From an uncultured Gammaproteobacteria bacterium (GTDB lineage Bacteria > Patescibacteriota > Microgenomatia > Levybacterales > GWA1-39-11): a DNA stretch of 64,000 nt. Where the stretch lies: the NCBI GenBank assembly GCA_964394645.1, contig CAYMYC010000002.1:28105-92104 (forward strand), written 5' to 3'. The translations under genes were made by a program, and so were the position numbers. Positions 27,915-37,262 of this stretch are shown here, in pieces. The notes below the pieces were generated by a model, which was not told the origin of the DNA, searched no databases, and was given only the letters and a program-made list of their open reading frames with translations. Positions within the stretch are counted from its first letter, which is position 1, and each line of letters starts with the position of its first letter.

Positions 27915-28181
27915 ATGAAAATTTCAATTTCAAACTCAACAGATATTGTGCAGAAAATTCAAAGTATTGACGAGCGGACGCGCGTGGAGATTGCCCGTGT
28001 GCAAGAAAAATTGCAACAAGACATACAATTAATAAAAGAGGCAGCGGAGGGGAAAATTATGACAATTCAAGAGCAAGCTGAAAAGGATAAAAAATTTGAA
28101 GTAGCCTCAGCAGCACAAGTTATAAGAGATGAGTCGCAAGAAATGGTTCAGGAAATAGAAAATCTGGCATACACTGGATAA
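27915..28181 (+). CDS. Small coiled-coil hypothetical protein
   Basis: MKISISNSTDIVQKIQSIDERTRVEIARVQEKLQQDIQLIKE...; Gln/Glu-rich helical composition. Confidence 0.7.
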   Translation: MKISISNSTDIVQKIQSIDERTRVEIARVQEKLQQDIQLIKEAAEGKIMTIQEQAEKDKKFEVASAAQVIRDESQEMVQEIENLAYTG

Positions 28182-28226
28182 ATGCGTTACGGATATTGTA
28201 GCTTCAAAACTTAAAAGAAAGACTTT

Positions 28227-28760
28227 ATGCAGGATATAATATTAAAACCAATGAGTACGTCTAGGCTTTTTCCTCAGAGAAATTCTGTTTCTGATAAAAC
28301 AGGATACCCACAGAAGGTGGATGAGGATCCGATAGTGCTTGTTGACAAATATCTTAAAAAACAGTTCCTTCCTGCGTCTCTTATCTCTCCCGAACTATTC
28401 AGATTAAAGAGTATTTGGCCGTTTGAACTGCTGCCTGATGTGCTTATCATTGAAGAGAAAAGGATAGTAATACATGAGAAAAGTTTTCCCTACTTTATAA
28501 CTACGCAGACTGTTCCTTTGGATAGGATTTTTGTTTTTCAAATCACTAAATCCTTATTCTTTTCATCAATATACATAAAGGCAGATTACTCAAGCAATGT
28601 TGATCACACCATCAACTGGGTGAAGCATGAAGACGCTAAGCGTGCGAAGGAAATTGTGGATGGATTAAAGTTAAAGCAGGCGGAAAGCGTTAAGGTTCCA
28701 GAAGCAAATTCTGACAAGTACATGCAGACTTTGCAGGTTTTAGGGAATATATATTCTTGA
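28227..28760 (+). CDS. Bacterial PH-domain-like hypothetical protein
   Basis: PFELLPDVLIIEEKRIVI...TVPLDRI...SLFFSSIYI. Confidence 0.7.
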   Translation: MQDIILKPMSTSRLFPQRNSVSDKTGYPQKVDEDPIVLVDKYLKKQFLPASLISPELFRLKSIWPFELLPDVLIIEEKRIVIHEKSFPYFITTQTVPLDRIFVFQITKSLFFSSIYIKADYSSNVDHTINWVKHEDAKRAKEIVDGLKLKQAESVKVPEANSDKYMQTLQVLGNIYS

Positions 28761-28801
28761 AATCACAATTTGAAGCAAAATATGCCTCAAATTCAGCTGT
28801 G

Positions 28802-28871
28802 TTGCGGGGCCGGGAATCGCACCCGGCCTAGAAGATTATGAGCCTTCTGTGCGGCTTTACACTACCCCGCG
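28802..28871 (-). tRNA. Initiator tRNA-fMet(CAT), atypical
   Basis: CGCGGGG TA GTGT AAAGCC GCAC A GAAGG CTCATAA TCTTC TAGG CCGGG TGCGATT CCCGG CCCCGCA A; C1:A72 mismatch. Confidence 0.88.
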
Positions 28872-28957
28872 CGTTGGAGTTATTATAGCTTCTTTTGCGC
28901 CTGATAGCAAGCGTAGACGTTTGCTTTTTGATTTACTTCCTGTTAAAATCTTTTCTT

Positions 28958-29698
28958 ATGGCACAAAGAGAAAAGCTAAAGGCTGAGAAACGAGAGATAA
29001 CAGGTAAAAAGGTTAGGAAATTAAGACGAGAAGGAATTATCCCCGCAAATATTTACGGTGCTGATTTTGCTTCCATGGCAGTGCAACTTCCCATTAAAGA
29101 ATTTGACAAGGTTTTTAGTAAGGTTCATGAGACTGGTTTGGTAGATCTTACACTAGACGGATCAGTAATCCCTGTTCTTATTAAAAATGTTCAAATAAAT
29201 CCAGTCACAGAAATGACTCTTCATGCAGATTTCCATAAGGTTAACTTAAAAGAAAAGATAACTGCTAAAGTTCCGGTTGAAGCAATTGGTGAGGCAACGG
29301 CTCAAACTGACAAGGTTGGTCTATTAGAACAGCCAATAATGGAGCTTGAGGTTGAGGCGCTACCTACCGATCTTCCTGAAAAAATTGAAGTAAATATTAC
29401 TCATCTTGCCGCAGTCGATGAGCAGATTTTAGCGTCTGATATTACGATTCCAACAGGCGTTACTCTTGTAACAGACGGAGGTCAGGTAGTGTTCAAGATT
29501 GGTGAGTTAGTCACAAAGGAAATGGAAGAGCAAATGGCAGCTGATGAGGCAGCAACTGATGCGGCAGTAGAGGCTGAAGGAGAGGCAAAAGAAGGTACGA
29601 CGGAAGAAGTTGAGGGTGAAACAAAAGAAGAAGATGGTAAGAAAGAAGCTCCATCAGAGAACGCCGCAGGAGATTCAAAAGATAAACCCCAAGAGTAA
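28958..29698 (+). CDS. rplY: 50S ribosomal protein L25/CTC with acidic tail
   Basis: GKKVRKLRREGIIPANIYG, LHADF, EVEALPTDLPEKIEV; start is ATG 28958. Confidence 0.95.
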   Translation: MAQREKLKAEKREITGKKVRKLRREGIIPANIYGADFASMAVQLPIKEFDKVFSKVHETGLVDLTLDGSVIPVLIKNVQINPVTEMTLHADFHKVNLKEKITAKVPVEAIGEATAQTDKVGLLEQPIMELEVEALPTDLPEKIEVNITHLAAVDEQILASDITIPTGVTLVTDGGQVVFKIGELVTKEMEEQMAADEAATDAAVEAEGEAKEGTTEEVEGETKEEDGKKEAPSENAAGDSKDKPQE

Positions 29699-29701
29699 CT
29701 C

Positions 29702-30079
29702 CTATAATCTTTGCAGTAGCTTTGTGCTTGGTTCAAAATTTGGATTTAACTGTAGGGACTTTTGTGCATATTCCCGTGCTTTTTCTGTATCCCCTACCCA
29801 CTTCGCGTATACTGCTGCGTTATAATACACTTCAGGGTAATCTTTATATTTTGTAAAATTTTTTTCCCAAAAAACAAGGCGTTGAAGCGTTATTATCCGT
29901 TCTTTCTGGACAGTTTTATATAAGAAGAATAAATACACAGTACAAGATAATAAAAATATGAAGAGCAAAATCGCAAAGCTAAAGGCATACGCAGAATACA
30001 TTTTTTTGTTTTGAGCAATGTGATTTTTGGTTGCGGTAATGATTCGGTAATTATGCGGTAATAACTGTTTTATATTCAT
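29702..30079 (-). CDS. Membrane-anchored TPR-like protein
   Basis: TM followed by YPEVYYNAA...EKAREYAQKSLQLNPNF. Confidence 0.75.
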   Translation of the reverse strand: MNIKQLLPHNYRIITATKNHIAQNKKMYSAYAFSFAILLFIFLLSCTVYLFFLYKTVQKERIITLQRLVFWEKNFTKYKDYPEVYYNAAVYAKWVGDTEKAREYAQKSLQLNPNFEPSTKLLQRL

Positions 30080-30117
30080 TGATCTATTATCGCAAGGGGC
30101 AGATTATATGTCAAAGC

Positions 30118-30146
30118 TTGACAATGTAAGAGTTTATATATATACT
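30118..30146 (+). promoter_or_regulatory. Sigma-70 promoter of the glmS leader
   Basis: TTGACA (30118-30123)-17 nt-TATACT (30141-30146). Confidence 0.75.
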
Positions 30147-30177
30147 ATGGGCGGAATTGAGCTTGTTTTTTTGAATT

Positions 30178-30370
30178 AAGAGCGTGTAGATCCCATTTAT
30201 GGGATAACGAGGAGAAGGTCTTTTGCCAACGACGGTAAAAGAGATCGGACCCCACTCACATAAAAAGTGAGGGGAGGATTTGCGGAAACCTTCAGGTTGT
30301 AATGCCAACCTAAAGAATTTTTTAACACTCTTTAGTAATAAGGAGAATAAAGAAAAATTTATGCACTACT
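30178..30370 (+). ncRNA. glmS ribozyme/riboswitch, divergent variant with inserted helices
   Basis: A|GCG cleavage motif at 30181/30182; P1 ATCCCA/TGGGAT; ACGAGG; P2 GAAGG...CCTTC; ATCG; GCGG; P3 AGGTTG/CAACCT; P4 AATTTTTT/GAAAAATT with P4.1 CTCTTTA-GTAA-TAAGGAG; directly upstream of glmS. Confidence 0.8.
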
Positions 30371-30432
30371 CGTCTCACTTCCCCAAGGTATTTTTTTTAT
30401 AAATAGCCTTTGTTTTTTTCAATTATTTTTAT

Positions 30433-32199
30433 ATGTGTGGAATATTAGGTTATATTGGACCAAAAAAGAACGCTGCAAATATAGTACTTGATGGTTTAAA
30501 AACTCTTGAATATAGAGGGTATGATTCATGGGGTGTTGCAGTAAACGGTGAAGAAAAAATAGCCATAGAGAAGCATGTAGGAAAGATCGGTGGAGCCTCT
30601 ACTACATTATCCGAAAGTTTCTTGGGAATTGGGCATACCCGATGGGCAACTCACGGCGGAGTTACTGTGGAAAATGCTCACCCTCACTTAGACTGCAATC
30701 ACAGAATTGCCTTAGTTCACAATGGAATCGTTGAGAATTACAAAGAGCTAAAGGAAGGTTTAATGAAGCGAAAACATGTCTTTGTTTCAGGGACAGACAC
30801 AGAAGTAATAGTGCATTTAATTGAGGAGGAATTAAAAAAAGATGATAATCTTTCCCATGCAGTATTTTCTGTATTTCAAAAGCTTCATGGACTTTCAGCA
30901 GTGGTTGTAATGGATCATAAGACACACGCGCTCGTTGTTGCAAAAAACGGATCACCCCTGGTTATTGGAGTTGGAAAAGCTGAATATTTTGTAGCTTCTG
31001 ATATGTCAGCAATTCTTCCTCACACAAAAAATATGATTTTTCTTGAAGATCATATGCTTGCTACCCTTTCAGATTCTATAGAGATTTTGTCATTGAAAAC
31101 CGGTAAAAAAGAAAAACCAAATATACAGGAAATTAATTGGCAGCAGGAATCAGCGCATCTTGGAGAATTTAAGCATTTTATGGTTAAGGAAATTGCTGAA
31201 CAGCCGATTGTTATTGAGCATTTAGCAAATGAGTGTTTACCTGAAATAAAAAAGCTATCAAATGTTGTGAAAAGTGCTCATGGAACATTCTTTATTGCGG
31301 CAGGAACAGCATATCATGCATGCTTATCCGGTATTTATCTTTTTTCAAGAATTGCAAAAATTCATGTGAACTCTGCTATTGCTTCAGAGTTTAATTATGT
31401 TGAAGATTTTTTGAAGAAAAAAAGTTTGGTTATGGCGTTTTCACAAAGTGGTGAAACTATAGATGTTGTTGAACCTTTAACACGAGCACAAGAAAAGGGT
31501 GCAACAATTGCGGCTGTTGTCAACGTTATAGGCTCAACCATTTACAGAATGGCGGATTATAAAATGTTGTTAGGCGCAGGTCCTGAGAAGGCTGTTGCGT
31601 CAACCAAGGCATATATCGCAAAACTTACTACCCTTTTACTGTTAGCATACTCCCTGGACAACAAGACACAGGAGATCCTTCCGTATGTGCACATGGCTGC
31701 AGATGAGATTAGGAGTATGCTGGACAAGAAAAAACTGCAAAAAATAAAACGTTTGGCAGGAAGTCTTGCAAGCACGCAAAGCATGTTTATTATTGGGCGT
31801 GGAATGTCTTACCCAAGTGCTCTTGAAGCAGCTTTAAAAATAAAAGAAGTAACTTATATTCATACTGAAGGGCTTGCTGGGGGAGAGTTAAAACATGGAA
31901 CAATAGCACTTATTCAAAAAGGAACTCCATGTATAGTTTTTGCGCCACTGGATGAGACATATGAGGCAATAATTTCAAATGCTATTGAAATACGGTCCCG
32001 TGGGGCACGAATTATTGGTATAAGTCCTAAGAACTCTGATGCATTTGATGACTTTATAGAAGTTAAGGATTTAAAAGACGCGACTATCCTTACGCAAATT
32101 GTGCCAGTCCAACTGTTATCCTATTACATTGCTCTTGCAAAAGGGATAACTGATCCAGACAAGCCAAGAAACCTTGCAAAGTCCGTTACCGTAAAGTAA
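30433..32199 (+). CDS. glmS: Glutamine--fructose-6-phosphate aminotransferase
   Basis: MCGI, EYRGYDS, GHTRWATHG, SQSGET, ELKHG, PRNLAKSVT. Confidence 0.98.
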   Translation: MCGILGYIGPKKNAANIVLDGLKTLEYRGYDSWGVAVNGEEKIAIEKHVGKIGGASTTLSESFLGIGHTRWATHGGVTVENAHPHLDCNHRIALVHNGIVENYKELKEGLMKRKHVFVSGTDTEVIVHLIEEELKKDDNLSHAVFSVFQKLHGLSAVVVMDHKTHALVVAKNGSPLVIGVGKAEYFVASDMSAILPHTKNMIFLEDHMLATLSDSIEILSLKTGKKEKPNIQEINWQQESAHLGEFKHFMVKEIAEQPIVIEHLANECLPEIKKLSNVVKSAHGTFFIAAGTAYHACLSGIYLFSRIAKIHVNSAIASEFNYVEDFLKKKSLVMAFSQSGETIDVVEPLTRAQEKGATIAAVVNVIGSTIYRMADYKMLLGAGPEKAVASTKAYIAKLTTLLLLAYSLDNKTQEILPYVHMAADEIRSMLDKKKLQKIKRLAGSLASTQSMFIIGRGMSYPSALEAALKIKEVTYIHTEGLAGGELKHGTIALIQKGTPCIVFAPLDETYEAIISNAIEIRSRGARIIGISPKNSDAFDDFIEVKDLKDATILTQIVPVQLLSYYIALAKGITDPDKPRNLAKSVTVK

Positions 32200-32203
32200 G
32201 TAT

Positions 32204-34039
32204 CTAGTCTACCTTCCAGATTTCAGCATTTGCGTTTTGATATATCCTTTTTAGCCCCAAGTCTTGAGGTAAATATGGGAGCGATTCAATATAATCCTCA
32301 TATTTTGAAAGATAAATATATCTGATATTTTTTTTCTTCAGGATACTTTTTGCATTTATACTTGAGCGCGCGAGTAAAAACGATATATCAATCTGAACAG
32401 GCTTATTAGTAAATAGACTAATATAAGATTTCTTACCGGCAGCTGCAGCAGGCTTATATTGGCTCGTAAATGCGCATTTAATGCAGTCTCTATCAAAAGA
32501 GAGCACATTACCCATTTTTTGCTTTTTTAGTACTTGTAGCGCGTCATACTCTGATTGACTGATATAAAATGATTGAGGGACTATAAACGGAATGTTTCCA
32601 GAAAGAAACGGAAAGCGCCTTTTTATGGTAAAGGGAAAAGCAATAGATGCATCTTTGAATACCATACCGTTTTCGGGCACAGAATATTTTTTGCCGAAGG
32701 TAAATGTTTTAGTTGGTAAGGTTACAGAATTATCTCTGAATTCTACAGTTCCCTTTTCAAATACTAATGATTTGTTTGTTACCTTCAATAGTTCACCAAA
32801 ATTATAGTTTTCTTGAGTTCCTGGGTTAATTTCTGTATCTATTAAAAAAGGGAGCGTTATAGGTAGATTATTTTGCATATTTTTTTCACTATAAAATGGT
32901 TCTTTAAAGTTTGAGTAGTATTCCCTCAGGTCAATTATTTGTAGCCTCTTTGTTTTTGAGTCATATAAAAAGCCAATTCTATAATATGGTGTTTGCATCC
33001 AGATAGACTGAGCAGTAGTCTTTTCTAAAAGATCATGAGAATAAACAAGATGATTCGGAGAAATGGAAGGGAATGACACACGATACCACTTTGAAAACTC
33101 CGCCATGGTAAGAGGTTTTGTATTATTTGTTTGCGCGAATTGCTTTATCATATCTAGTTGTACTGCATAGTTAGTTTTATATGTTAAAGGATCTAAGTCT
33201 CCTTCAAGCCCCACCGTTATATGTCCAAATGAGTTTCTATATTGAGGAAGAGCAAACGTAGACAGCAGCTTTTCAAAATAGGAAGAGTTTATCTTTAGCG
33301 TTGAGTAGTCTTGCACGCTATACATGCTTGCCGCGTTGTGGCTTGGGCTGTGATACCCATAAATCGGGTCACGCGCCGCCCACCGTAAAGATACTATATC
33401 CAATTTTTCGCTTTTATTTTTTGCAGGTATAGCAGCATGTGTTTTATTAGGATAGTATGGTACTGACCACCAAGTTCCCCATACTGTGTAGTGGTCAAGG
33501 TCATATTGGTCTGAAACTCCAAGTACGCTTACAATGTTATATTTTTTCTTCATGTATTCGAGTGAATAGGAATCAACCCACCATGCTCCTACAGAAACTG
33601 GGTAATAGCCGAAGTTATCCTTAAAGGTATTAAAGACCGTATCTATCAGTTTCTTCCGGTCGTTTTGTGTGTATCCTGATAGAAATATTGAAGTAGCATA
33701 ATGCCATGATGAAGTGTTGTTATAGGCTACATTTGCCTTTTTTGAAAGTTCAGGAGTTACTTCCAAAAATATGCCGATTTCCTGATCGTGATTTAAGCTT
33801 TTTAATTCCTTCACGAAGTCGTTTTTAGTAAGAACGTTATACGTTACAAGCCAAGTAGCGGGTAAATTTCTGGATTCTACCTCATGCTTTTCCGCCTGAA
33901 AACTCGCAAGATAACTCTTTGTGTAGGAAGAGATTCTTAGTGGGTTAACAATAGTGATAAATGAGTTCTCACTTGCAAAAATTTGTGAGGGGAATAGGAG
34001 AAAAGCAACAAAAAAAAGACAGATGAGTAATTTATGCAT
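32204..34039 (-). CDS. Exported protein with a polysaccharide-deacetylase-like (DUF3863-like) N-terminal domain
   Basis: Signal peptide; LPATWLVTY...EIGIFLE...FKDNFGYYPVSVGAWW; ATG 34039 overlaps the valS stop. Confidence 0.6.
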   Translation of the reverse strand: MHKLLICLFFVAFLLFPSQIFASENSFITIVNPLRISSYTKSYLASFQAEKHEVESRNLPATWLVTYNVLTKNDFVKELKSLNHDQEIGIFLEVTPELSKKANVAYNNTSSWHYATSIFLSGYTQNDRKKLIDTVFNTFKDNFGYYPVSVGAWWVDSYSLEYMKKKYNIVSVLGVSDQYDLDHYTVWGTWWSVPYYPNKTHAAIPAKNKSEKLDIVSLRWAARDPIYGYHSPSHNAASMYSVQDYSTLKINSSYFEKLLSTFALPQYRNSFGHITVGLEGDLDPLTYKTNYAVQLDMIKQFAQTNNTKPLTMAEFSKWYRVSFPSISPNHLVYSHDLLEKTTAQSIWMQTPYYRIGFLYDSKTKRLQIIDLREYYSNFKEPFYSEKNMQNNLPITLPFLIDTEINPGTQENYNFGELLKVTNKSLVFEKGTVEFRDNSVTLPTKTFTFGKKYSVPENGMVFKDASIAFPFTIKRRFPFLSGNIPFIVPQSFYISQSEYDALQVLKKQKMGNVLSFDRDCIKCAFTSQYKPAAAAGKKSYISLFTNKPVQIDISFLLARSSINAKSILKKKNIRYIYLSKYEDYIESLPYLPQDLGLKRIYQNANAEIWKVD

Positions 34040-36158
34040 ATGTACTTGGCCAAGGAGAAATAATAAGCATTTTGTTCTCAAGTTTTAATTCCTGATTTAT
34101 TTTTTCAGTAATAAATGGCATAAATGGATGGAGTAGAAGCAGGAGGTTTGTATAGAGTAAAATTAGTATGGAATAAGAGTCGTTGTCAATTCTGTTTTTA
34201 ACATCCTCTATATAAATATCTGCAAACTCATGCCAAATAAATTCATACAGTCTTTCCGCTGCTAAATTAAACTGATAGGAGTCAAGATATTTTGTAATTT
34301 CCAAATTTAAATTATTTACCTTTGTAACCCACTCTTGGTCTATTGTATTTTTAGCTTTTACGTTTGAAGTAGTTATTTTCATTTGTGATTTGCTTTCAGT
34401 GATTTTATCTTTTTGCATCTCTATAAAGCGTCCAATATTCCAAATTTTATTGGCAAATTTTCTTGCGGCTTCAAGCTTTGGATATGAAAGGGCTTGATCA
34501 TTTCCGGTTGCGTTTCCATAGATTAGAGCGAAGCGCACTGCGTCAGCACCATATTCATCCACCAATTCAAGTGGGTTGATAACATTTCCCCGGCTTTTAC
34601 TCATTTTTTTCCCATAGGGATCATTTACTATTCCATGGAATAAAACCCTTTTAAAGGGGATATCGTCTGTTATATAAAGTCCAAGCATGACCATTCTGGT
34701 TACCCAGGCTTTTAAGATGTCATACGCTGTTTCCATAACATCTGTAGGATAAAATTTATCAAAGTCGCCTGTCTTCCCAGTATTTAAAGTTAAATAAGGC
34801 CATTGTCCTGAGGAGAACCATGTATCAAAAGTATCTGGGTCCTGAGCTAGCTTTAAAGACTTACACTCATGGCACTGTTTGGGGATTTCACCCTCTGTTA
34901 TAACCCAAGCATCACAATCACTACATTTCCACGCAGGGATTCGTATTCCCCATGCTATTTGTCTGCTTATATTCCAATCGTGTAGATTATCTAACCATTG
35001 AAAGTAGATTGCCTCAAAATTTTTAGGGGTTATCGCAATTTTGCCTGTTTTAACAACAGCTATTGCGTTATCCGCAAGTGTTTTTACTTTTATAAACCAT
35101 TGTTCTCGTGGAAGAGGTTCAAGCTCATGCTTGCATTTATAGCAAGTTTTTCTAATTGTTGTATATGTCCGCTCTCCTTTTAGCAGGTTTTTCTTACGTA
35201 ATAACTGAAGCGTTTTTTCGCGTGCAGGTTTAACAAAAAGCCCGTCTACAAGTCCTGTATTTATCATCTTACCGTCAAAGCCAACCACTTGAACTCCTGT
35301 TAGTTGGTGTCTTATTGCGACTTCCCAATCATCAAAATTTTGCATAGGTGTAACTTTTACAGCTCCAGTACCAAACTCTTTATTTACAAAATTATCTTCA
35401 ATGATGGGAATTTCCCGGTTCGTTAGTGGGAGTAGTACGTTTTTCCCAATAAAATGTGAGTACCTTGTATCAGTTGGGTTTACCATAACTGCTACATCAC
35501 CAAATAACGTTTCTGGTCTACTTGTTGCAACAACAATCTCTCCTCCTCCATCAATTGGGTAAGAAATCTCATAGAGTAATCCTTGGGTCTCTTCAGTAAC
35601 TACCTCAAGATCTGAAAAGGAAGTTCCATCAAATGTACAATAGTTAACTAATTTGTACCCTCTATATATAAGATTATCATTATGCATTCGATGAAACGTT
35701 TTATAGACAAGTTTAATAATTTCTGGATCAAGTGTATATTTTTCTCTTGACCAATCAAGAGAAAACCCAAGTCTTTTTAGTTGTTTTTGAATTCCTCCCC
35801 TATTCTGCTCAACATATTCATGAATCATTGAATAAAGCGTTGTTTGGTCAAAATCTAGTCTGCTCCTTCCTTCTTCTTTCAATTTTTTCTCAAAAACAAA
35901 TTGAGTTTCTATTCCTGCGTGGTCTGTTCCTGGAAGCCATAGTGCTGCGTATCCTTTCATGCGATGGTATCTAATTAAAATATCCTCAACGGTAAACATG
36001 GCATGACCAAAATGAAGAGCGCCATTTGCGTTTGGAGGAGGGAGAATTATTGAATATGGTTTGCCATTTGGATGTACCTCAGGTTTAAAATAACCGTTAT
36101 CTTCCCATGATGCGTATATTTTCTCCTCTGAACCTATGTGGTTGTATGCTTTATCCAT
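34032..36158 (-). CDS. valS: Valine--tRNA ligase (short form)
   Basis: PPPNANGALHFGH, PGTDHAGIETQ, WNISRQ, DTWFSS, KMSKS. Confidence 0.96.
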   Translation of the reverse strand: MDKAYNHIGSEEKIYASWEDNGYFKPEVHPNGKPYSIILPPPNANGALHFGHAMFTVEDILIRYHRMKGYAALWLPGTDHAGIETQFVFEKKLKEEGRSRLDFDQTTLYSMIHEYVEQNRGGIQKQLKRLGFSLDWSREKYTLDPEIIKLVYKTFHRMHNDNLIYRGYKLVNYCTFDGTSFSDLEVVTEETQGLLYEISYPIDGGGEIVVATSRPETLFGDVAVMVNPTDTRYSHFIGKNVLLPLTNREIPIIEDNFVNKEFGTGAVKVTPMQNFDDWEVAIRHQLTGVQVVGFDGKMINTGLVDGLFVKPAREKTLQLLRKKNLLKGERTYTTIRKTCYKCKHELEPLPREQWFIKVKTLADNAIAVVKTGKIAITPKNFEAIYFQWLDNLHDWNISRQIAWGIRIPAWKCSDCDAWVITEGEIPKQCHECKSLKLAQDPDTFDTWFSSGQWPYLTLNTGKTGDFDKFYPTDVMETAYDILKAWVTRMVMLGLYITDDIPFKRVLFHGIVNDPYGKKMSKSRGNVINPLELVDEYGADAVRFALIYGNATGNDQALSYPKLEAARKFANKIWNIGRFIEMQKDKITESKSQMKITTSNVKAKNTIDQEWVTKVNNLNLEITKYLDSYQFNLAAERLYEFIWHEFADIYIEDVKNRIDNDSYSILILLYTNLLLLLHPFMPFITEKINQELKLENKMLIISPWPSTYA

Positions 36159-36235
36159 ATTGAGGCTAATTGTAGCACAAAATAAATATTAGTAGTAGTA
36201 AAGTTTTTTAAACCTATCCATTTTAGAATGCTAGT

Positions 36236-36475
36236 TTATATAAAGAGGAAGAACAGAAGAGTAAAGACTCCTAAGAGCAAGAGAGATGCAATTACTTGAA
36301 TTGAAGCAGCTTCCTTAACTAGCAATGGAAGTGTAATATCCAGGCGTTTTGCAATCCTTAGTGTTTCCCTTTGGTGTAAATAATTTACTGCCAGGAGTAA
36401 AAGAAGCGTGACCAATATAATAATTTTTATAAAAAATGCAATTGTCATCATATTAATTATGTAGTTGTGTTCCAT
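36236..36475 (-). CDS. Small two-TM membrane protein
   Basis: Two hydrophobic helices; start uncertain (36451 or 36475). Confidence 0.6.
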   Translation of the reverse strand: MEHNYIINMMTIAFFIKIIILVTLLLLLAVNYLHQRETLRIAKRLDITLPLLVKEAASIQVIASLLLLGVFTLLFFLFI

Positions 36476-37088
36476 ATTCGCTTATTTGGGATTTTTTTGG
36501 CATAACCCAAATTTGTTGAGATTTAAAGTCTGGCATAGTATGGAGATGGGAAGATAGGTAATTTGCGATTTTTCGGGGCGATCTTATTCCTCTGATAACA
36601 AATTCTTCTTGATGGGTAGGTCTGTCAAATGTTATTACAACATTGCCTAAATCTAAAAGCTCAGAGACAAATCCATAAAGCTCTGCGTCTATTTCAGTAC
36701 ATCTGATTTGATCAAGAAGAACGGAATTTGAAACTTCTGAAAAAAGAGGGTTATATTTTATCTCAATAACTTTTCTGCTTGTGATTATATATAAGTGAAA
36801 ATACCAGTGAATAACTTCCCTTATAATCGTGCCGCTTCCTACTAACGTAAATACAGAAAAAATAGCACAAGAAAGTAGTACATCTCTTAACAGAAAATAA
36901 GAAAGTCCGGTAAAAAGCGTATTTATCAGAAGCGCAAAAGTAGTCATTTGGAGGAGCCTTATAAATAATTCAGCTGCATGTTCACGTACTGCCAGAATTA
37001 GTTTTTCATCAGGAAAAGTTAAGAATTTTATAACCTCATCCTGTTCCAGGGTTTCTTTTAAGAAGGTTTTACTTAATATCTCATTCAT
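36453..37088 (-). CDS. Membrane protein with a bacterial PH domain
   Basis: DEKLILAVREH, two TM, WYFHLYIITSRKVI...LDLGNVVI...IRSP. Confidence 0.75.
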   Translation of the reverse strand: MNEILSKTFLKETLEQDEVIKFLTFPDEKLILAVREHAAELFIRLLQMTTFALLINTLFTGLSYFLLRDVLLSCAIFSVFTLVGSGTIIREVIHWYFHLYIITSRKVIEIKYNPLFSEVSNSVLLDQIRCTEIDAELYGFVSELLDLGNVVITFDRPTHQEEFVIRGIRSPRKIANYLSSHLHTMPDFKSQQIWVMPKKSQISEYGTQLHN

Positions 37089-37262
37089 GCATTCTATTGT
37101 ATTCCTTGATGAGCAAATCGTCTGTAATATAGATCACTAAATAAGTGTAAGATTAGGCACTTCACAAAAGCAGTATGTAAAAATTGAAGAAACAAATGAA
37201 TAAAATTGTTATAATACTGAAGGGATAGAAAGAATAGTTGGAAAAGTACTATATACGAATAT

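Noticed and set aside
30111-30308. 65-aa minus-strand ORF
   Set aside because: Antisense to the glmS promoter and ribozyme.
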